Positions 60,817 to 64,000 of a DNA stretch of 64,000 nucleotides are shown here, piece after piece. Made by a program: the position numbers and the translations under genes. The notes under the pieces were generated by a model, which had not been told where the DNA came from, did no database searches, and worked only from the letters and a program-made list of their open reading frames with translations. Every line of letters begins with the position of its first letter. Within the stretch, counting starts at the first letter, position 1. Source of the DNA: Candidatus Poseidoniaceae archaeon (GTDB taxonomy: Archaea > Thermoplasmatota > Poseidoniia > Poseidoniales > Poseidoniaceae); contig CALSTM010000001.1 of the NCBI GenBank assembly GCA_943789275.1, forward strand, positions 396,902 to 460,901, read 5' to 3'.

Positions 60817-61551
60817 ATGTCGGATTCACGGCCCTACTTCGATGACGAGTACGGTGGACGATACATTTTAGTCGAACCCGGTGAATTTCTGATGGGAGAT
60901 TCAAAGGGGACGCGTTCAGAACAGCCTTCTCATCATGTGTCTATTCTTGAACCATTTTTTTGCGGTGAACGCCCGGTTACCCAGGCGCATTGGCAAGCCA
61001 TCATGGATGTCAACCCATCGGCTTTCACTGAGGGTTGGGCGGCAGGATTGAGACCTGTTGAACAAGTTTCTTGGGACGATTGTCAAGAATTCATTTCTCG
61101 GTTAAACGAATTAGACCAAGGCACTGAGCGACTTGGATTTACAGGGGAATGGAGATTGCCGTCTGAATCGGAATGGGAATACATGGCCAGGGCTGGAACG
61201 ACCACGCGTTGGGCGTTTGGCAACCGCGACAGTGAACTGAATGATTATGGGTGGCACGCTGGAAATTCGGGTGCATCAACACGCGAAGTTGGACAAAAAA
61301 AAGCAAATCCTTGGGGGTTTCTTGACTTACATGGCCAAGTAAGTGAATGGTGCCAAGACGCCTTCTCGCCTGACTACTCACTCCATACACCACAACAAAC
61401 CCCATTCAAAGGAGATTCACCGCGAAGGGTCCACAGAGGCGGCTCATGGTTCACCGAATCTGATTCGACTCGTTGTTCATCTCGCGGTTCAGCCCCCCAA
61501 CAACAAAAAACCGACGGAATTGGTTTGAGGATTGTTTGGCAACCACTTTAA
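60817..61551 (+). CDS. formylglycine-generating-enzyme (FGE-sulfatase/SUMF1) fold protein
   Basis: ERPVTQAHWQAIM, VSWDDCQEF, WRLPSESEWEYMARAG, NPWGFLDLHGQVSEWCQD, RVHRGGSWFTE...GLRIV. All are hallmark FGE-domain segments. Confidence 0.6.
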   Translation: MSDSRPYFDDEYGGRYILVEPGEFLMGDSKGTRSEQPSHHVSILEPFFCGERPVTQAHWQAIMDVNPSAFTEGWAAGLRPVEQVSWDDCQEFISRLNELDQGTERLGFTGEWRLPSESEWEYMARAGTTTRWAFGNRDSELNDYGWHAGNSGASTREVGQKKANPWGFLDLHGQVSEWCQDAFSPDYSLHTPQQTPFKGDSPRRVHRGGSWFTESDSTRCSSRGSAPQQQKTDGIGLRIVWQPL

Positions 61552-61573
61552 TGTCTTCATTCTTGGCATAATC

Positions 61574-61921
61574 ATGCCTGTGTTGTATCACAACCCTCGT
61601 TGCTCGAAATCCCGGCAGGCGGTACTCATGTGCGCTGAATCAGCTATTGATGTTGACATCCATTTGTACCTCAAAAAACCCTTAGATTACGATACTCTTT
61701 ATTCCATGCTTGAACGACTCCAGGGCGATGTCGGTCAAGCTGTGCGTTGGAAAGATAAGGCCATTCAAAGCATCGACACATCCGATATTGATGCCAACGA
61801 CATCGAATCAGTTGCTCGTTTTTTATCAGAGTTCGGTCACTTGATGGAACGTCCATGGCTAGACGTTGGGAGCGTTACGATGATTGGACGGCCTGTTGAG
61901 AATTTGGCTCGTCTTCTTTAG
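61574..61921 (+). CDS. arsC: ArsC/Spx-family thioredoxin-fold protein (arsenate reductase-like, YffB type)
   Basis: MPVLYHNPRCSKSRQAVLM matches the ArsC-family N-terminal active-site loop (YHNP.CSKSR). Confidence 0.6.
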   Translation: MPVLYHNPRCSKSRQAVLMCAESAIDVDIHLYLKKPLDYDTLYSMLERLQGDVGQAVRWKDKAIQSIDTSDIDANDIESVARFLSEFGHLMERPWLDVGSVTMIGRPVENLARLL

Positions 61922-62435
61922 CAGCACCCCGCTCTTTTTCAGATCTCGGCTCCACATCGAACTTTCGATGCTCGTCTACTTCAGCGAGCGTTTGATTTTT
62001 GGGCGTCGTTCCGGGAGAAATTAACCACTTCCCGGTAAAAGGCTCACGAAGTAAGGTCATGAGGTTTCGTGATTTTAATGCATCAATTCCGGCAGCAGTT
62101 CGATCGACGGCAGGTGCGATGTCTTCATTGAATGTGGAATCCATAGCAGAACATACTTCTTGGAAGCTACGTGTACCATCGCAAAGTTCCCATAACATGC
62201 TGTTCATTTGGTCGAACGGTCGACGAACTTCACGCGGAGCGCGGAGTATTTTTGCGAGAATCCGTTCGAGCCGTGTGAATCGTTTTTCTATACGGAGTAC
62301 GATGTTCATCCCCGTGACTCCTTCTTCTTCCAAGTGTGGGCCTGGCTCACCTACCCTCGCCCACCATACGGGGAGGCGGCAGGGGTATGTTCCCGAATAT
62401 TGATGGCTTTCACTGTCTGCTATTTCCACGTTCAA
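61875..62435 (-). CDS. PqqD-like (RiPP-recognition-element-like) domain protein with disordered acidic/basic tail
   Basis: QMNSMLWELCDGTRSFQEVCSAMDSTFNEDIAPAVDRTAAGIDALKSRNLM matches the PqqD/RRE consensus (LN.TAA.IWELLDG.RT..EI...L...F.VD...A..DV..FL..L...GLI). Probable start at MNIVLRIEKRF. 3' end overlaps arsC by 47 nt convergently. Confidence 0.45.
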   Translation of the reverse strand: MNVEIADSESHQYSGTYPCRLPVWWARVGEPGPHLEEEGVTGMNIVLRIEKRFTRLERILAKILRAPREVRRPFDQMNSMLWELCDGTRSFQEVCSAMDSTFNEDIAPAVDRTAAGIDALKSRNLMTLLREPFTGKWLISPGTTPKNQTLAEVDEHRKFDVEPRSEKERGAAKEDEPNSQQAVQSS

Positions 62436-62438
62436 CCC

Positions 62439-62618
62439 TCAAAATTCTGTAAAAGTCCATACGACCATCACGACCATTGCCGCCACACCCGAAAAGGCAA
62501 CCATTCGCGTGGCTTCGAGCCGTTCTGTAAAATTCCTTAGGAACCAAGTCCCAACCCCACAAACCGCAATCACGGCCCAAAGAAGATACCAAGCAGCGGG
62601 GTAAACTGTTGACTCCAT
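62439..62618 (-). CDS. unlisted 59-aa small membrane protein (two predicted TM helices)
   Basis: Hand translation of the minus strand: MESTVYPAAWYLLWAVIAVCGVGTWFLRNFTERLEATRMVAFSGVAAMVVMVVWTFTEF. Sits 4 nt upstream of the PqqD-like ORF on the same strand. Below the 60-aa cutoff of the ORF track. Confidence 0.25.
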   Translation of the reverse strand: MESTVYPAAWYLLWAVIAVCGVGTWFLRNFTERLEATRMVAFSGVAAMVVMVVWTFTEF

Positions 62619-62644
62619 GTGATTCGCCTACAGTATGTTGGTTG

Positions 62645-64000
62645 TTACTGTTTCGTATCGAGGTATTGCTGCCCATAATACTGCCATTGTTCCATCGACC
62701 AGCCTGCTGGCAATCCTTCGGCTGGGACTTCAGGTCCAGTGAGTAGAGGCACAGGTGATGGTTCTGGAGTTGGCGATGAAATAGGTGGTCCTTGTTCAAG
62801 CTCAACTGTTTCGAACACTGGTATCGTTTTCGGATGCGAATCGTACATCTCTTCAGTTTCACGGTTTGAGCGTTTACGAAGCAACAGTGTGAGAATTACA
62901 GCGGCAAACAGGAATCCTGCAATCGAAGTAGCAAGGACTTCCGCATTCATTTCGAACTGTTCAGTTTCCATTTGTTCAAACACGTAAAACTGTTCATCCT
63001 GCCAACTCAACACACCGTCTTCAGATTCAACAACAAATTGGAGATTTCCTTCAAGCGGCCCTTCTAACCTGTGCAATTCACACTTGATGTCCTCATATTT
63101 TGGCGATATGTGGCCCGGTTCAAATTCAAAATTTCTTCCTGATTCATTGACCAGCAATCCGAGGCAGACAATCTGCCAACCTTGGGGTTTTGAAATCTCG
63201 ACGTTGTATATTTCGTCTTGACTGGATGTTGAAGTAAGATTCAACCAAAACGGTACGCCTGTTCCTGATTCGGTTGTCCCGTTCATGGTCTGACTTAATT
63301 CAGCGTTGAGCACCCGTTGGGAATCGACCAGTATCAACACATCATGCACCAGTTCATACGGTTTATTTTCGGCATTATTTCCCGCAATCACTTCAAATGA
63401 AACTACAATTCTGCTGTTCAACTGCATTGAATCAGGAATAATCATGTCGACCTTCACGACCATCTCTTGTCCTGCAGCCATCACAAATGGGTTGTAAAGC
63501 CCCATCGGAAGAGAGGCCCCCGAATCACCAACGCTCAAGAAACTCATGAGTTCATCGTTCGGCGGAGATACAGAAACGCTTGCCATTACTACAAACGAAT
63601 CATCCACTGCATTACCTATATTTTTGACGGTCACACTTACTGAAGAAGAATCGCCAACTGCAGCAGTTGATTCGGTCATGTTGGCGAAGAGAGAAGGTAT
63701 TCTTACCGCGGCGGTTATGGTGTCAAATTCGATGACATTATCTGAATTCATAATGTCTGGAAGCCCTTCGCTGTTTTCCACGCTAAATGAGAGCGTGTGT
63801 ATTTCTCCAGCCCGTTCCTCGCTTGGAAGGAGAATCATGATATCGAGGGTTACGGCGTATTCATTATCGTACCGTGCAGATAATTCGATTGGACCTGAAT
63901 GGTTCATGTTGTCGATTCGAACCCACCATGACCAAGATTCAGGAATCGATTCAGTGGTAAGAATCGCCTCAACAGGTCCATTTCCATTGTTTTCAACATC
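62645..64000 (-). CDS. cell-surface protein with repeated beta-rich adhesion-like domains, C-terminal TM anchor and Pro-rich cytoplasmic tail (5' end beyond window)
   Basis: In-frame coding continues to the window edge. C-terminal LATSIAGFLFAAVILTLLLRKRSNRE TM, then PPISSPTPEPSPVPLL...WQYYGQQY tail. The extracellular part is Ser/Val/Asn-rich and beta-like. Confidence 0.5.
   Translation of the reverse strand, partial: DVENNGNGPVEAILTTESIPESWSWWVRIDNMNHSGPIELSARYDNEYAVTLDIMILLPSEERAGEIHTLSFSVENSEGLPDIMNSDNVIEFDTITAAVRIPSLFANMTESTAAVGDSSSVSVTVKNIGNAVDDSFVVMASVSVSPPNDELMSFLSVGDSGASLPMGLYNPFVMAAGQEMVVKVDMIIPDSMQLNSRIVVSFEVIAGNNAENKPYELVHDVLILVDSQRVLNAELSQTMNGTTESGTGVPFWLNLTSTSSQDEIYNVEISKPQGWQIVCLGLLVNESGRNFEFEPGHISPKYEDIKCELHRLEGPLEGNLQFVVESEDGVLSWQDEQFYVFEQMETEQFEMNAEVLATSIAGFLFAAVILTLLLRKRSNRETEEMYDSHPKTIPVFETVELEQGPPISSPTPEPSPVPLLTGPEVPAEGLPAGWSMEQWQYYGQQYLDTKQ

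Noticed and set aside
60817-61551. FGE/C-type-lectin-fold protein as a possible diversity-generating retroelement target
   Set aside because: No reverse transcriptase, no template-repeat copy of the 3' region, and no adenine-biased variable region are visible in the window. More likely an ordinary FGE/EgtB-like enzyme next to a flavin reductase and arsC.
62410-62862. 150-aa minus-strand ORF
   Set aside because: It overlaps the 3' end of the surface-protein gene in another frame. Its Cys/Arg-rich translation has no features. The 59-aa 2-TM frame in the same interval is more plausible.
1-64000. CRISPR arrays, tRNA genes, integrases/transposases, inteins
   Set aside because: No regularly spaced direct repeats were noticed. 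The intergenic spacers are too short or lack a tRNA-like cloverleaf. No recombinase motifs were seen. RtcB, AlaRS, TopA and DinB have normal lengths without intein-like insertions.

Overview
This 64-kb window reads as a gene-dense stretch of an archaeal chromosome. I made about 50 feature calls by reading the six-frame translations for motifs; no similarity search was run. The lineage is probably an uncultured marine Thermoplasmatota / Marine Group II-like organism; the lineage and the GC content (moderate, about 45-50%) are judged by eye, not computed.

The archaeal assignment rests on several calls:
- an archaeal-type AlaRS;
- RtcB, archease and a long-form EndA, which together make up the tRNA-splicing toolkit;
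- a geranylgeranyl reductase;
- a CcmE carrying the archaeal CXXXY motif;
- a roughly 330-nt SRP (7S) RNA.

The confident housekeeping genes are rtcB, alaS, valS, dinB, glyA, pyrD, topA (type IA, with C-terminal zinc ribbons), pntAA-pntAB-pntB, mdh, a serA-like gene, pepP, an mqnC/E-family radical SAM gene, iscA and ygfZ.

The accessory-looking content is:
- secreted or surface proteins: two giant proteins with thrombospondin-type-3 repeats, a PKD-domain protein, a subtilisin, an HEXXH metalloprotease, and a surface protein at the window edge;
- a TatC homolog with a roughly 200-aa Cys-rich cytoplasmic extension, lying between two secreted proteins;
- a wHTH protein with three TerB-like repeats, divergent from endA;
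- a PqqD-like (RiPP-recognition-element-like) protein with an adjacent unlisted 59-aa two-TM ORF.

The best candidates for something undescribed are the secreted protein / TatC-extension / metalloprotease trio, which also shares a C-T-C motif, and the PqqD-like module at the 3' edge. I saw no CRISPR array, integrase, transposase or tRNA gene.
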